Positions 48,683 through 58,079 of a stretch of DNA of 64,000 nucleotides are shown piece after piece. The DNA is from Minisyncoccota bacterium. Its GTDB lineage: Bacteria; Patescibacteriota; Minisyncoccia; Moranbacterales; GCA-2747515. The notes below the pieces were generated by a model that saw only the letters and a program-made list of their open reading frames with translations, searched no databases and had not been told where the DNA came from. The position numbers and the translations under genes are program-made. How positions within the stretch are numbered: position 1 is the first letter of the stretch; every line of letters starts with the position of its first letter. The DNA is taken from positions 17,156-81,155 of the forward strand of contig CALDDM010000002.1 of NCBI GenBank assembly GCA_937936355.1, written 5' to 3'.

Positions 48683-49651
48683 CTACTGTGTATTCGTTGA
48701 TCCTCCAAAATCTCTTTTACGTATCTCTTGGATTTTTTCACTCGCCCTTCTCTTAGAGCGATTTACCTCCCTCTCGATCGCCTTGTCTGTCGCGTCGAGG
48801 AGAGCTGGCATTGCTGCCGAATAGATTAGCTGCGCAATTGGGTGATCCCACTCTTTATCTATGAGTCTGTCATACACTTTTGACTTGTACTCCTTCAGGT
48901 CATTTAGCTTGTCTAAGGCAGGACGGACAGTGACTCCGAATTCATCTTCATCGGGTAGCACACCTTCCGCTGTGAGCGCTTTGATCTCACGTTCACTCTC
49001 TCTTTCTTGGATTGCATTGTCAAAAGCAGTTCTCGTGGCTGTCTTTATGCCTGCAGGATGGTTGTACGGATTTGCAAATACGCCAGAAAAACAAGTAAAT
49101 GATGCGCTCGTTGCCTCTCCAAATAATAGCAGCTTCCCCTCTCTCATCGTGCAGTAGTCTGCGATGTCTACACCGATGTGCTTTGCAGCATCTGATCGCG
49201 CACCAGTTACAATACCCTCTGCGGCTGCGATCCTCAACCTGCTTTCATAGTGTCCAAGAAGGCCATCAAAACCATCACCAAATCCATAGTCACCCGGCTC
49301 TCGTCCGTGCAGCACCTCAGTAAGAAATGCTTCAGCATAGGTTGATGCTTCATCTACAGGCTCCTTAAAAAGAAATGCTCTGTAGTCTTGGATAAATGTG
49401 CTTGAGCTTCCTGATCCTAAGTTACCCAGAATGAAAGTGGTGACGCTTTTTGTCGTGACAATTTCCTGCGTTGCACCTAGCAACTCTTTTATGATTGCTA
49501 GAAGCTCATTTGTGATCATCTCTAGCCCCGTGGATCCGATGTCAGAAAACCCCCAGAATGATGCTTCAACCTTCTTTGTCGGGAGGCTAATAATGAGCGC
49601 GCATATAATGCAGAGAGCGACTATCTGTATTTTTGTTTTGGATTTTTTCAT
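48683..49651 (-). CDS. Secreted hypothetical protein (322 aa)
   Basis: Signal peptide MKKSKTKIQIVALCIICALIISLP. Confidence 0.45.
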   Translation of the reverse strand: MKKSKTKIQIVALCIICALIISLPTKKVEASFWGFSDIGSTGLEMITNELLAIIKELLGATQEIVTTKSVTTFILGNLGSGSSSTFIQDYRAFLFKEPVDEASTYAEAFLTEVLHGREPGDYGFGDGFDGLLGHYESRLRIAAAEGIVTGARSDAAKHIGVDIADYCTMREGKLLLFGEATSASFTCFSGVFANPYNHPAGIKTATRTAFDNAIQERESEREIKALTAEGVLPDEDEFGVTVRPALDKLNDLKEYKSKVYDRLIDKEWDHPIAQLIYSAAMPALLDATDKAIEREVNRSKRRASEKIQEIRKRDFGGSTNTQ

Positions 49652-49662
49652 GACTTAAATCT

Positions 49663-50631
49663 TTATTGTAGTGCTTTTACATCTATGCCGAATGATTCAA
49701 ATTTCTCAGTTATTTTTTTAGTCACGTCGCTGATTAGCGTCAGTGCTGCACTTGCTCTCTGTATGTGTAACATGAAGTCTAGTGGGTCGTTGGTTACGTC
49801 TATTCCTTTGCTTGTTTGTGCAAGTGATCCAATGTATTCAAATGTCTGTAGAGCTTCTATGTGCTCCTCCATTAGCGTCTCCGGGACTGCAACGTCAATG
49901 AGCTGGTCACCAGCTTCCGCCGCTGCTTCTGCAAGGTTTATAAAGTAGGATGAGTTTGTTGCGTCGCGGGAAACAATCTCAGCATTTTGGTAGATCTCCT
50001 GCATGAATTCTGTCGATGACTTCCTGCTAAATTCTGATCCAAAGCTTTGCTCAATGATGTATGTGAGTGCCGTATAATAATCAACTGCATCTTGTTGTAG
50101 CTTTTGCTCACGTTCCTGCCCTGTAAGATCCTCATAGCTCTGTGATTTTATATGCAACCTCTCTTGATCTATATCGTCAAACTGTTGACTTGGATCTGAT
50201 TCCTCAATATATTTTTGCACCTGTAAATCTAGACTTTCTTGATCAATCTCTCCAGACTCCTCGGCTGCAAGAGTAAACTCTTTCATAATGTCGGCGTATC
50301 CAGCAGAAAGATTTTTTTCGATGCCACCCCTTCCTTCCGGTATGGATTTTTCTTTCTCCTGTATGACACGGTCTCCGGGTGCTGGCTTCAGTGGATCAAA
50401 TCCTGATTCAATTTCCACGCCATCCCTGTAGCCGTCACCATCTGTGTCGGGGTTGCGTGCGTCGGTGCCAATGACTTTTTCCTCAGAATTACTGAGACCA
50501 TCCCCGTCAAAATCTTCGAAGTATGTTGTTTCACTTTGCCTGTTGTCAGCGCCAGCGTACAGAGAAACCGCACAGGTAAGCAGCACAGCAAACACTGCAA
50601 AAGGTATAATATTATGGAGGTTAAATTTCAT
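49663..50631 (-). CDS. Secreted protein with Ca-binding-like DxDxDG repeats (start at MKFNLHN)
   Basis: Signal peptide; DFDGDGLSNSEE...NPDTDGDGYRDG repeats (thrombospondin-type-3/EF-like). Confidence 0.45.
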   Translation of the reverse strand: MKFNLHNIIPFAVFAVLLTCAVSLYAGADNRQSETTYFEDFDGDGLSNSEEKVIGTDARNPDTDGDGYRDGVEIESGFDPLKPAPGDRVIQEKEKSIPEGRGGIEKNLSAGYADIMKEFTLAAEESGEIDQESLDLQVQKYIEESDPSQQFDDIDQERLHIKSQSYEDLTGQEREQKLQQDAVDYYTALTYIIEQSFGSEFSRKSSTEFMQEIYQNAEIVSRDATNSSYFINLAEAAAEAGDQLIDVAVPETLMEEHIEALQTFEYIGSLAQTSKGIDVTNDPLDFMLHIQRASAALTLISDVTKKITEKFESFGIDVKALQ

Positions 50632-50918
50632 TTTGTTTAGTGTAATTTTTTTTATTATACCACGTTCTCTTTCTTGTCGTCGACTTTTTGTAGTGCTGCA
50701 CTCTTGCCTCATCCTCATTTTTTTCTTATTATTTTTGTGTTTCTTGCATTTTTTTATTTCTAGTCCTCACTTCGTCCAGTAGAGTTTTGCGCGTTCTGCA
50801 TTCCACATTGCTGTCGCTCTAGTATTTGTCGTTATTTTTCTTGTATTTGATTTTTTGTCAAATTTGTGTTATTACGTTTTCTAAGTAGGTCGTTTGCTTC
50901 CTTTTTTCTGATTTCCTT

Positions 50919-51406
50919 GTTCACGTTCCACGTGGAACTTTTATTTTTGTGCGCTCTTGCGCAGTTTTTCTTACTGCTTTTCCCAGCGCTCTGCACCTGT
51001 TCCACGTTGAGCTATTCTGTCTCTCTGTTCTACGTGGAACTTTTTCATATCTTTGACTTTTCATGTTCTACGTGGAACATGATTTTCTCTGTTTCATCTT
51101 TCTTGCGTGAATTTTGATATTTCAACTCATTATTTATATTGTTCCATGTAGAACTAATTTTTCTTATCTGATTCTTATATTTTTCTGTTTTGAGCGGATT
51201 TGACTATGCTTCCTTGTTTTATTCTTCCGCATCATTGTTCCATGTGGAACATTTGAAACTTACTAACATATTTTTGATCACTTTTTCTGCACCATTTTAT
51301 TTACTATCCTTCACATTCTGTTCATTTCTCATTCTATGTGAAGTTACTCCTTTGTTCTACGTGGAACACTTTCTCCGCCTTTCATCTACTATGTTCTACG
51401 TGGAAC
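50919..51406. repeat. Array of at least 8 copies of the 14-bp palindrome GTTC[C/T]A[C/T]GT[G/A]GAAC (parS-like) at irregular 28-117-bp spacing
   Basis: Copies at 50925, 50999, 51037, 51065, 51141, 51237, 51354 and 51393, each usually preceded by T (TGTTC...GAAC). Confidence 0.85.
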
Positions 51407-51472
51407 AGCCTGCATATTTTTTCAATAATGTTTTGATCCTAGTGACTCTTGAATTCCATAAAGCAAGAGGGT

Positions 51473-51527
51473 ACTTGACAAAGTTATTACAAAATTGCTA
51501 TATAACTACGTCTTGCACATGTGGTAT
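51473..51527 (+). promoter_or_regulatory. Candidate sigma70 promoter(s) for the tRNA-Arg/rbfA transcript (TTGACA-N18-TATATA; extended -10 TGgTATAAT)
   Basis: cttgacaaagttattacaaaattgctatataac and tgtggtataat upstream of tRNA-Arg. Confidence 0.45.
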
Positions 51528-51590
51528 AATTACGCTATATTAAGCAGTCTAACTCCTTTGTGAGGAATTTTGACAAAACTATCAAAAAAT

Positions 51591-51662
51591 GCTTCTGTAG
51601 TTCAATGGATAGAACGAGAACCTCCTAAGTTCTAGATGTAGGTTCGATTCCTGCCAGAGGCA
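51591..51662 (+). tRNA. tRNA-Arg (CCT)
   Basis: gcttctg...cagaggc acceptor, anticodon loop ctCCTaa, T-arm gtagg-ttcgatt-cctgc. Confidence 0.75.
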
Positions 51663-51681
51663 CACAATTTTATTTCATCTA

Positions 51682-52017
51682 ATGGTCCACATGCGAGATC
51701 GTATATACAAAATCAACAGCCTCATAAAGAAGGAGATCTCCTCTCTTATTGTCAGTGAAATTGACTTTAAGTCTGGAGTGCTTGTTACAGTGTCAGATGT
51801 TTCTACAAATCAAGATTTGAGTCATTCACATATTAAAGTTCAGATATTGCCTGTGACAGAGACGGACTATGCAATGGCGACGTTAAAACATGAACAACCT
51901 GTACTCCAGAAAATTCTTCATAGACGTCTGCATATGAAAATCGTACCAAAAATCTCATTTGACCCGGATCTGCGCGGGGAAGATGTCGACACCCTCACCG
52001 ACCTCCTCTCCCAATAA
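51682..52017 (+). CDS. rbfA: Ribosome-binding factor A
   Basis: RIYKINSLIKKEISSLI...VTVSDVSTNQDLSHSHIKVQI, an RbfA KH-like pattern. Confidence 0.8.
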   Translation: MVHMRDRIYKINSLIKKEISSLIVSEIDFKSGVLVTVSDVSTNQDLSHSHIKVQILPVTETDYAMATLKHEQPVLQKILHRRLHMKIVPKISFDPDLRGEDVDTLTDLLSQ

Positions 52018-52033
52018 AACCTATACTTCAGTT

Positions 52034-53017
52034 ATGCATGTATCCAATGTCTTTCACCGTCAGTTTACTCACCTTCAAGGCGTATTACATGTTTCACATA
52101 AGATTCTTCTGGTTGCTCATATGAGACCAGATCCTGATGCTGTTGGGAGCGTTGTTGCGCTCAAGCATTATATTGAGGACAACTATCATGCAGAGGTTAC
52201 GATCGGTTGTTCTCACCCACTCCTACCAAGCCTTGCACCACTCTTTCCGGACATTCGATTTTCGATTGTTGATAGTGATCAAATTGATCTCACTACGTAT
52301 GATCTTGCTATAGGTTGTGACAGTGTTAATCGTGGTTTTGATGTAGTTTTACCCCGACTGGATAGTCAATGCGTCACCGTTGTAATTGATCATCACCATG
52401 ATATACAGATATCAGCGGATATCAGAATTATAGATCCTTCCTTCGCCTCTACCACAGAGCTCTTGTATCACTTTTTTCTCTTTGACCACGGCACGATTTC
52501 TCCGCGCACAGCTACCGCACTCCTCACAGGCATCATTGGGGATACTGGTATTTTTCAGTACGCTAACACATCGCCGCGCACACTAGAAGTTGCTGCAGCC
52601 CTGTCTCGCCTTGGCGCTTCGATTCCAGACATTGTCTCTGCTTCTTTTACAAATCAGAAGGTAGAGACGCTTAATCTGTGGGGAAGCGCACTTGAGAACG
52701 CGTCCTTTGACACAAAAACAGGTATCGTGACAACAGCGCTAACAAGCGAGGATTTGGCAGGTCGCACACCCACTTCAGAAGAGGTTAAACACATCGCAAC
52801 AATCCTCACGAACTCACCAAATGTCAAAGCTGTCCTTTTTCTTTTTCAAGCAGGACCGTCGACGATTAAAGCAAGTCTTCGTGCACGACCTGATGCTGGC
52901 ATTGATGTTTCTGCAATTGCTCGGAAGATTGGTGGGGGAGGGCACCCGCTTGCATCCGGTTTTGAAGTTGCTGGTCGACTGAATCTTCTCAGGCAGGGTG
53001 TTTGGGAAGTTACATAA
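52034..53017 (+). CDS. nrnA: DHH-family phosphoesterase (NrnA-like oligoribonuclease/pAp phosphatase); start taken after the rbfA stop
   Basis: ILLVAHMRPDPDAVGS..., DHH motif VVIDHHHD, GGGH C-terminal (DHHA1). Confidence 0.7.
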   Translation: MHVSNVFHRQFTHLQGVLHVSHKILLVAHMRPDPDAVGSVVALKHYIEDNYHAEVTIGCSHPLLPSLAPLFPDIRFSIVDSDQIDLTTYDLAIGCDSVNRGFDVVLPRLDSQCVTVVIDHHHDIQISADIRIIDPSFASTTELLYHFFLFDHGTISPRTATALLTGIIGDTGIFQYANTSPRTLEVAAALSRLGASIPDIVSASFTNQKVETLNLWGSALENASFDTKTGIVTTALTSEDLAGRTPTSEEVKHIATILTNSPNVKAVLFLFQAGPSTIKASLRARPDAGIDVSAIARKIGGGGHPLASGFEVAGRLNLLRQGVWEVT

Positions 53018-53030
53018 AAGATCAGATACC

Positions 53031-53603
53031 ATGCATCCACATTCATCACTTACCACACTTAATGCCGAGATGGCACAGACTCCTGCATGTACCCTTGCTC
53101 GTACTGCCACACAGCCAGTTTTTGGTTTTGGTAACCCTGCATCGAAAGTCGTCTTTATAGGTGAAGCCCCAGGGAAGTCTGAGGACTTGTCGGGTAAGCC
53201 TTTTGTGGGTGCAGCAGGAAAGATACTTGATCAGCTCCTTAGGAGTATTGATCTGGATCGTGGAGATGTTTATATCACCAACGTCGTAAAGTACAGACCT
53301 CCAGATAACAGAGACCCTCATAAATCTGAAGTTGAGGCTTGCTGGCCATGGCTTGAGCGTGAGATTCACCTCATTGATCCTGAAATCATCATTCCACTTG
53401 GACGTCATGCACTGAATCGATTCTTACCAGAGGCAGTTATCTCAGTTATGCATGGAAAGACATTTACCTGCACACTCTCCGGATTTGAACACTACACCTA
53501 CTACGCTCTTTACCACCCGGCAGCAGCACTCTATAACGGCTCACTGCGGGTAACTCTCTTTGATGACTTTTCGCGGATTCCCTCACTTCTCAAACAGTCC
53601 TAG
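53031..53603 (+). CDS. Uracil-DNA glycosylase, family 4
   Basis: VVFIGEAPGKSEDLSGKPFVGAAGKILDQLL (GEAPG...FVG.AG motif). Confidence 0.75.
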   Translation: MHPHSSLTTLNAEMAQTPACTLARTATQPVFGFGNPASKVVFIGEAPGKSEDLSGKPFVGAAGKILDQLLRSIDLDRGDVYITNVVKYRPPDNRDPHKSEVEACWPWLEREIHLIDPEIIIPLGRHALNRFLPEAVISVMHGKTFTCTLSGFEHYTYYALYHPAAALYNGSLRVTLFDDFSRIPSLLKQS

Positions 53604-53673
53604 AACCGTTGACCAAAGTATTGGAATTTGATATCTTTGTATGTACTGCTCTCCTCTATGATGACGAGCACAT

Positions 53674-53744
53674 GGTCCGTTGGCCGAGTGGTTAGGCAAG
53701 GGTCTGCAAAACCCTGTACGCCGGTTCAATTCCGGCACGGACCT
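53674..53744 (+). tRNA. tRNA-Cys (GCA)
   Basis: ggtccgt...acggacc acceptor, anticodon loop ctGCAaa, T-arm gccgg-ttcaatt-ccggc. Confidence 0.65.
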
Positions 53745-53834
53745 CACAATAAAGACGAGAGGCTCAAGCGTTGCGTGCGTATCGTTGATAGTACGTTTGC
53801 ATGCTTTAGTTTCTGGGAATTTGCAATTACACTT

Positions 53835-53919
53835 GCCGTGGTGGTGGAACTGGTAGACACGAGGGACTTAAAATCCCTTGGATGAATAATCCGTGCGGGT
53901 TCAAGTCCCGCCCGCGGCA
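53835..53919 (+). tRNA. tRNA-Leu (TAA), long variable arm
   Basis: gccgtgg...ccgcggc acceptor, anticodon loop ctTAAaa, T-arm gcggg-ttcaagt-cccgc. Confidence 0.75.
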
Positions 53920-54064
53920 CACAAAAGATATATTCTGCTTTACACATACAAGTTAGCTCCCCATATTGGAGTGTTTAGTTACCTGTAATACCCCTCACTT
54001 CAAAATAAAATCCCACTGTGTGTGGGATTTTATCTTTCTCATCCTTTACTTTTGTAACCCCTTG

Positions 54065-54766
54065 TTATTCCACAACTGATACTGGTAAATTCCTTCGCCC
54101 AAAGGCAAATGCCTCTGATTTTGTCACCACGTATATATCGAATTTATTTCCTTTGATTGCTCCACCACGATCTTCGCACGTATATGTTCCATAGCCCTCT
54201 ACTTTGATCCTTGTTCCAAACGGATAACTCCGCGGACATGCTATCGTATGATTTGCTTTCACGCGTTTTCCTGAGGCTGTGATCCCATCACCGCTATCTG
54301 TCTCATCAAATGCTGCTGTATACGCACTTATATTCGCAATAAATTGCCCACCGGATGCACTATCAGAGGATTGCCTGACTGGCGCAGTTATCTTTTTTGG
54401 CGTCGGTTTTGGCTTATCCTTTGCAGCTGCTGCGGCAAGCTGTGCAATCATTTTGGCTCGGGCAATGCGCGATTTACTCTGCTTGTCATCTAGATCACCT
54501 GCCTCATCGTTGCTCATGGCGCTTTCTACATTTTTCAGCGCAAGTTCTTGTATCAACTTACTTCTGCGTACTCTTGCTGGCGTGGTGCTTTCACCTACCC
54601 CATCAGAGAGGTCTATGTGCACGCCGCTTGCCTCAATGTCAAAGTACGCTAGTTGCTCAACCTCTTTGATCTGTCCGCCATACCAAACACTTTGCGCATT
54701 GCCCTCCAGGGGTAGCACGATCATCGATGTTATAATAGTAGCGTTGAGTATTTTGTTTTTAGTCAT
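54065..54766 (-). CDS. 3D-domain (RlpA/MltA-like double-psi beta-barrel) cell-wall-binding/lytic protein with a signal peptide
   Basis: C-terminus AAFDETDSGDGITASGKRVKANHTIACPRSYPFGTRIKVEGYGTYTCEDRGGAI.GNKFDIYV is the 3D-domain signature with three conserved Asp. Confidence 0.6.
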   Translation of the reverse strand: MTKNKILNATIITSMIVLPLEGNAQSVWYGGQIKEVEQLAYFDIEASGVHIDLSDGVGESTTPARVRRSKLIQELALKNVESAMSNDEAGDLDDKQSKSRIARAKMIAQLAAAAAKDKPKPTPKKITAPVRQSSDSASGGQFIANISAYTAAFDETDSGDGITASGKRVKANHTIACPRSYPFGTRIKVEGYGTYTCEDRGGAIKGNKFDIYVVTKSEAFAFGRRNLPVSVVE

Positions 54767-54996
54767 GACTTTAAGTTTTGTGGTTTTGTCTGCGTGCCAA
54801 AATTGCACACTCGTATCGTGATTACCATCTTCTTTGACACACAAAAAAATCGGCCACCCTTGGTCGATCTAAAACATCTCTATCAGCGCCATCACTATAA
54901 GGTACCTATAGCTATTACATAGCGCATGCGGATTTGTGCGTATTTCTACCTACAACTATTATAGCAAAAAAATTAGCTCTAGTCAATACACCTTTT

Positions 54997-55803
54997 ATGT
55001 CTCTCCAATCTCTTTTCTCTCGTTTTCGTCAACTCCATTTTATACTTCGCATCGTTATAGGACTTCTGTTTTTTGGTGTCTTTTACTTCCTCTGGCGTGA
55101 ACGCTTTGTCGTGACGCGACAGTTTCTTGCTCCAGAAGAGATGCTTTTTTCCAACACGCAACCCTGGGGCATCCTCCTTCGCCTCAAAGAATCTCAGAAG
55201 GGCTACACTAATCGCCAGTTCTCTGCCATCACCCTTTCTGCGCCACACACCAACACTGATCCGCGGACCCAGGATGAAATTGCAGATCTTCATGAACTAG
55301 TACGTTTACGCACACATGACGTTATTGCACGCATAGATCGTGAACGTTTCGATGTACGAAAGCTTACCATGGCGGACAAAACCTTGAGATCGCTACTTCG
55401 AGACGGAGCGCACCCACTGTCTGATGAATTGATTGATGCGGTGCTTTACGATTTCGATGCATATGTTTTGCATTTTAAGCGTATACATGACCGCGTTCGA
55501 CCTACAATCCTTGATCCATCTCTTCCGCATGCTTTTCCTGTGCCCAAGCATCCATCATATCCTAGCGGTCACAGCTCACAAGCTCACCTTATCGCTGAAA
55601 TCCTGAGCATCTTTCAACCTAAGCAGCGTGAGGCTTTTTTTGCAGATGCATGGCGCGTCGCTACTGACCGCGAGATTGCAGGCTTTCATTATCGCAGTGA
55701 TACTGTTGCGGGTCGGATTCTTGCACAGCAGTATTTCGCACTGCTTATGGAGTCAGATGATTTTCGTAGAGACCTCGCCGCTGCAAAGTCTGAGTGGGAG
55801 TAG
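54997..55803 (+). CDS. PAP2-superfamily phosphatase (membrane-anchored)
   Basis: Motifs RVRPT...PSGHSSQ...HYRSDTVAG (KxxxxxxRP / PSGH / SRxxxxxHxxxD). Confidence 0.65.
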   Translation: MSLQSLFSRFRQLHFILRIVIGLLFFGVFYFLWRERFVVTRQFLAPEEMLFSNTQPWGILLRLKESQKGYTNRQFSAITLSAPHTNTDPRTQDEIADLHELVRLRTHDVIARIDRERFDVRKLTMADKTLRSLLRDGAHPLSDELIDAVLYDFDAYVLHFKRIHDRVRPTILDPSLPHAFPVPKHPSYPSGHSSQAHLIAEILSIFQPKQREAFFADAWRVATDREIAGFHYRSDTVAGRILAQQYFALLMESDDFRRDLAAAKSEWE

Positions 55804-55995
55804 CTCGTGGCAGAACAAATAACATTGTCAGAGCGCGGAGTTACACACAGAGATTTCCTCATGCATAGTGTGCGCTGTGATATAATGAAGTGTGTCAAAA
55901 GTGTGCATTTTGTGCACGACGATTTCTGTATGATAGTTGTTACGGGGAAGTCATATAGGAACTGGTTGCAGTTTTTCAAAACCAAAAAACTCCCA

Positions 55996-58062
55996 ATGCT
56001 TACGAGATTATTCTCTTTACGCTCACCACGTCGACCTGCAATTATCTTTGCCTTATTTATAGTGTCACTTTTTGTGATGCCTTTTTATGGTGCCCCCGAT
56101 ATGACAATCCACACTTTAAATGCCTCAGCTAATAATACTGACCTAGATCTAGATCCCGGAACTATTAGTGATATAGTCGAGTGTAGACTGCGTGATGATG
56201 GTCCAATTATTGCCTGTCTTATAAACAAACTACTTTTCTTACCTGCTCAGCTTTTCTCTGTTGGCGTTTCTTTCGCGGTTAGCTTGCTGGATATATTCAC
56301 TGATCCAGTTCTCTACAATGCGCAATTTAAAAGTGAAGCCCTCTATGCTGGCTGGGGCGTAGTGCGCGATCTTTTTAATATTATCTTCATCTTTGCACTT
56401 CTTTTCAGCGCCTTTGCAACGATCTTCCAGATTCAGAAGTATCATTTGCGCAACATCCTCAAAAACGTTATCATCATGGCACTGCTGATCAATTTCTCGT
56501 GGCCGATTGCCCGCGTGATCATCGATTTCTCAAATATTCTCATGTTCTTCTTTTTGGGAGACGGTAATGGACTTCAGCTTGCAGCCCGAGTAAGTGAAGG
56601 AAAGGGCTTGCACAACATACTTCTTGCTGGGGCTGATATAAGACAATTCGGCTCCATGGGTAATGTGGTTTTGATAGATATATTTATGTTTATCTACATG
56701 ATCACGATGCTTACTGTTGCTTTTCAATTTATCATTAGATTGGTTGCTCTCCTCATGCTTATGGTCTTTGCGCCAATTGGCTTCGCTGGCGCTGCAATCC
56801 CCCGCATGGAAGGCCTATCTTCTAGTTGGTGGAGCGCTTTTCTTAAGTATTGCTTTGCTGGCCCAGTAATGATGTTCATGGTCGTACTTGCCAGCTTTAT
56901 AATGGTTGAAACAAATAAAGCAAATGAGGGTACGATCTTTGTAGCAACTAAAACTGGTGCCTTTGAAAATTTTCTAGGTAACGCAGTCGCCTTCACAGTA
57001 CCTATGGCGATTTTGTGGGGTGCAATCATCGCCTCCGGAAAGCTAGGCGATGCGGGCTCAAATTTTGTCACGAGCAAAGCAAAAAGCGCGCTCAGACGTG
57101 GTGGGGACTTTGTGACGCGCCCAGTGGTGGGTGTTGGGAAGGGTGCTGTGGGTAGCGCTACAGGTGTAGCTAAGAGAGCTGGACGCGCGTTTCCGGGCGT
57201 AGCAGCTGGGACTGGCATCATCAAAGGTGTTGGTAATAGCCTTGCCAAGAGCTCTGCAACGTCTAAGGCAAAGTTTGAAGCTCGCCAAGCAGCTGTTGCT
57301 GCAAACACACAACAACAAATGCCTGGTTTTGTGGGTGGAGATAGCAATGCAGTGGCAAAGTATGAGAAAACCGCCGCAATCAAGCGATCTTCGGAGTTCA
57401 AGGAGGCCGGCATAGGAGCCAAAGTTGCAGCTGACCAGTTCAAAAATGCTCAAGGCGTAGAAAAGCAAGCTCTTATGAGCTACATGACAAGCAAGGATGC
57501 TGTGAAAAGTGGGGAAGACCTACAACATGTTTTGACAGCTTTAGAGGTTGATCGAGTTAAAAGCCTGGAGGGTGTTACTGATCAAGCTTTTATAGATAAG
57601 ATAAATTCGGATTCACAAAAGAGTGCTCTCAAGTCTTTGGAGTCGATCGATGACTTTGCAGCAAGTCAGTTTAAAGAAGGCGATTATAAAAAGATAGCAT
57701 CTGCGTATAGCGGGTCTGATGAGACCGGCAAAGAGCTTTTGTCTGCGGTCAATAATAAGCTCCTTAGCAAGAATCGACTTGATCTTCAGCTCAGTCACGT
57801 AATTACTGATAAGCGTCAAGGTCCAGCGGCTGCAGCTGAAGTCGTGGAAAACCTCACGTCAACTCAACTGGCATCAAACGTGAAAGTGGCGCAGGTTCTC
57901 GAAGATAGTAAAGATGATCATTACCAAGAGACACTTGCTGTTGTCAGCGCAATCAACAATCAAGTCTTGTCTACACCAAAGTCTCGTGAGCAATTTGGCT
58001 TAAGGGCAGGAGCAAAGCAAAAAGATAAGCTCTCAAGCGTAGGCGTAAAAACTACTGTTTAG
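55996..58062 (+). CDS. VirB6/TrbL-like polytopic membrane protein of a type IV secretion-like system (the ORF is open from 55807; the signal-peptide start at 55996 is preferred)
   Basis: N-terminal signal, ~6-8 TM helices in the central region, long hydrophilic A/K/S-rich C-terminal tail, as in VirB6/ConG-type proteins; adjacent to VirB4. Confidence 0.45.
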   Translation: MLTRLFSLRSPRRPAIIFALFIVSLFVMPFYGAPDMTIHTLNASANNTDLDLDPGTISDIVECRLRDDGPIIACLINKLLFLPAQLFSVGVSFAVSLLDIFTDPVLYNAQFKSEALYAGWGVVRDLFNIIFIFALLFSAFATIFQIQKYHLRNILKNVIIMALLINFSWPIARVIIDFSNILMFFFLGDGNGLQLAARVSEGKGLHNILLAGADIRQFGSMGNVVLIDIFMFIYMITMLTVAFQFIIRLVALLMLMVFAPIGFAGAAIPRMEGLSSSWWSAFLKYCFAGPVMMFMVVLASFIMVETNKANEGTIFVATKTGAFENFLGNAVAFTVPMAILWGAIIASGKLGDAGSNFVTSKAKSALRRGGDFVTRPVVGVGKGAVGSATGVAKRAGRAFPGVAAGTGIIKGVGNSLAKSSATSKAKFEARQAAVAANTQQQMPGFVGGDSNAVAKYEKTAAIKRSSEFKEAGIGAKVAADQFKNAQGVEKQALMSYMTSKDAVKSGEDLQHVLTALEVDRVKSLEGVTDQAFIDKINSDSQKSALKSLESIDDFAASQFKEGDYKKIASAYSGSDETGKELLSAVNNKLLSKNRLDLQLSHVITDKRQGPAAAAEVVENLTSTQLASNVKVAQVLEDSKDDHYQETLAVVSAINNQVLSTPKSREQFGLRAGAKQKDKLSSVGVKTTV

Positions 58063-58079
58063 AATCAGAAATTGAAACT

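Noticed and set aside
50860-51450. Possible CRISPR array, given the repeated motif with intervening sequence
   Set aside because: The repeats are a short 14-bp palindrome at irregular 28-117-bp spacing with AT-rich non-unique intervening sequence. CRISPR repeats are 24-48 bp with regular, similarly sized spacers. No cas genes are nearby.
53628-53947. Track ORFs 53628..53885 (+) and 53744..53947 (-)
   Set aside because: They overlap tRNA-Cys and tRNA-Leu(TAA). They are spurious.
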